From the NCBI GenBank assembly GCA_013265495.1, contig MU058221.1, positions 4,280,001 through 4,344,000 on the forward strand: a stretch of DNA of 64,000 nucleotides. Direction: 5' to 3'. The translations under genes were made by a program, and so were the position numbers. This DNA is from Vicugna vicugna (taxonomy: Eukaryota). Under the pieces are notes generated by a model. It was given only the letters and a program-made list of their open reading frames with translations. It was not told the origin of the DNA and did not search any database. Positions 63,321 through 64,000 of the stretch are shown here, piece by piece (the first letter of the stretch is position 1; each line of letters starts with the position of its first letter).

Positions 63321-64000
63321 ATCGTTTCATCTTCAGCCAATCTACTACTCCCCAAGGTCTCAGGCTGAACTGAATTCTCTATCAGTGGAAACTTACTCTG
63401 GGACCTTTATAAGGCACTTAGAGAGCCCGCTGAATCAAATACAATCAAATTACTAATCAACTTATTCAATTCTCTGTTCTCCAAAATTAGGAGCATGAGA
63501 ATGAATATGCATGAACATGTGTAATTATAGACACTTAAGCACATAAATTATCTGACAGGGCTCCTGGAGCTGTGCTCATAGGAGTGAGATGTTTATCTCC
63601 ACCTGTCTTCACTGGAGAGCTGTCTCTGGAGCTCCATACTCCAAAACCAAAGTGGCTAGAGTCTCTCTCCACTTTTAACATATTCATTGCCTGTTCTTTG
63701 ATATTCTGCTTTAAAAGCACCAGCATTGTCCAGGGGCATTCCTGGGTGAGGCAGACCTATGGGGTTAGTGGAGATGAAATGTGATATTGCAGGCTTTGAA
63801 ATTTCATCACATGCCCAGGAAACTGAACGTTCCTCTTGCTGGTCTTTTCTTCAAAGGGTTAGCCGGTAACACCAAGCTCTCTAGTCCTCTGATTCTTAAA
63901 AAGAAGACAGGAAAACTGGACAAATACAAGTTCCTCCTGTTGTTACAGACAGAGGCTGGAATCAGTATATGCTGTTTCAGAAAAGAGTTCGCAAGGAGCT

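Overview
Mammalian, most likely camelid (camel/alpaca), non-coding genomic DNA. The taxon call rests on three tRNA-Ala-derived vic-1-type SINEs and many lineage-type L1 3' ends ending ...GACTATACTTCAAT-poly(A). I can support no protein-coding gene, functional tRNA/rRNA or CRISPR array. The ORF track is explained by decayed repeats or chance. The window is dense with transposable elements: ancient MIR, L2, MLT1 and hAT/MER fragments, a 3.6 kb internally deleted L1M(B), about ten short younger L1 3' ends, and about seven ERV1-class solo LTRs, three of them from one family. The most notable structure is four separate two-copy head-to-tail duplications (75-353 bp period) at different divergences. 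Also of note are an LTR family carrying a canonical NFE2/NRF2-sMAF motif, a micro-L1 with a probable 3' transduction, and an intact minus-strand LTR pointing at a candidate 87-nt exon. Repeat family names come from my recall of consensus sequences, not from a database search, and most ancient-repeat boundaries are approximate. I found no convincing new biological system.
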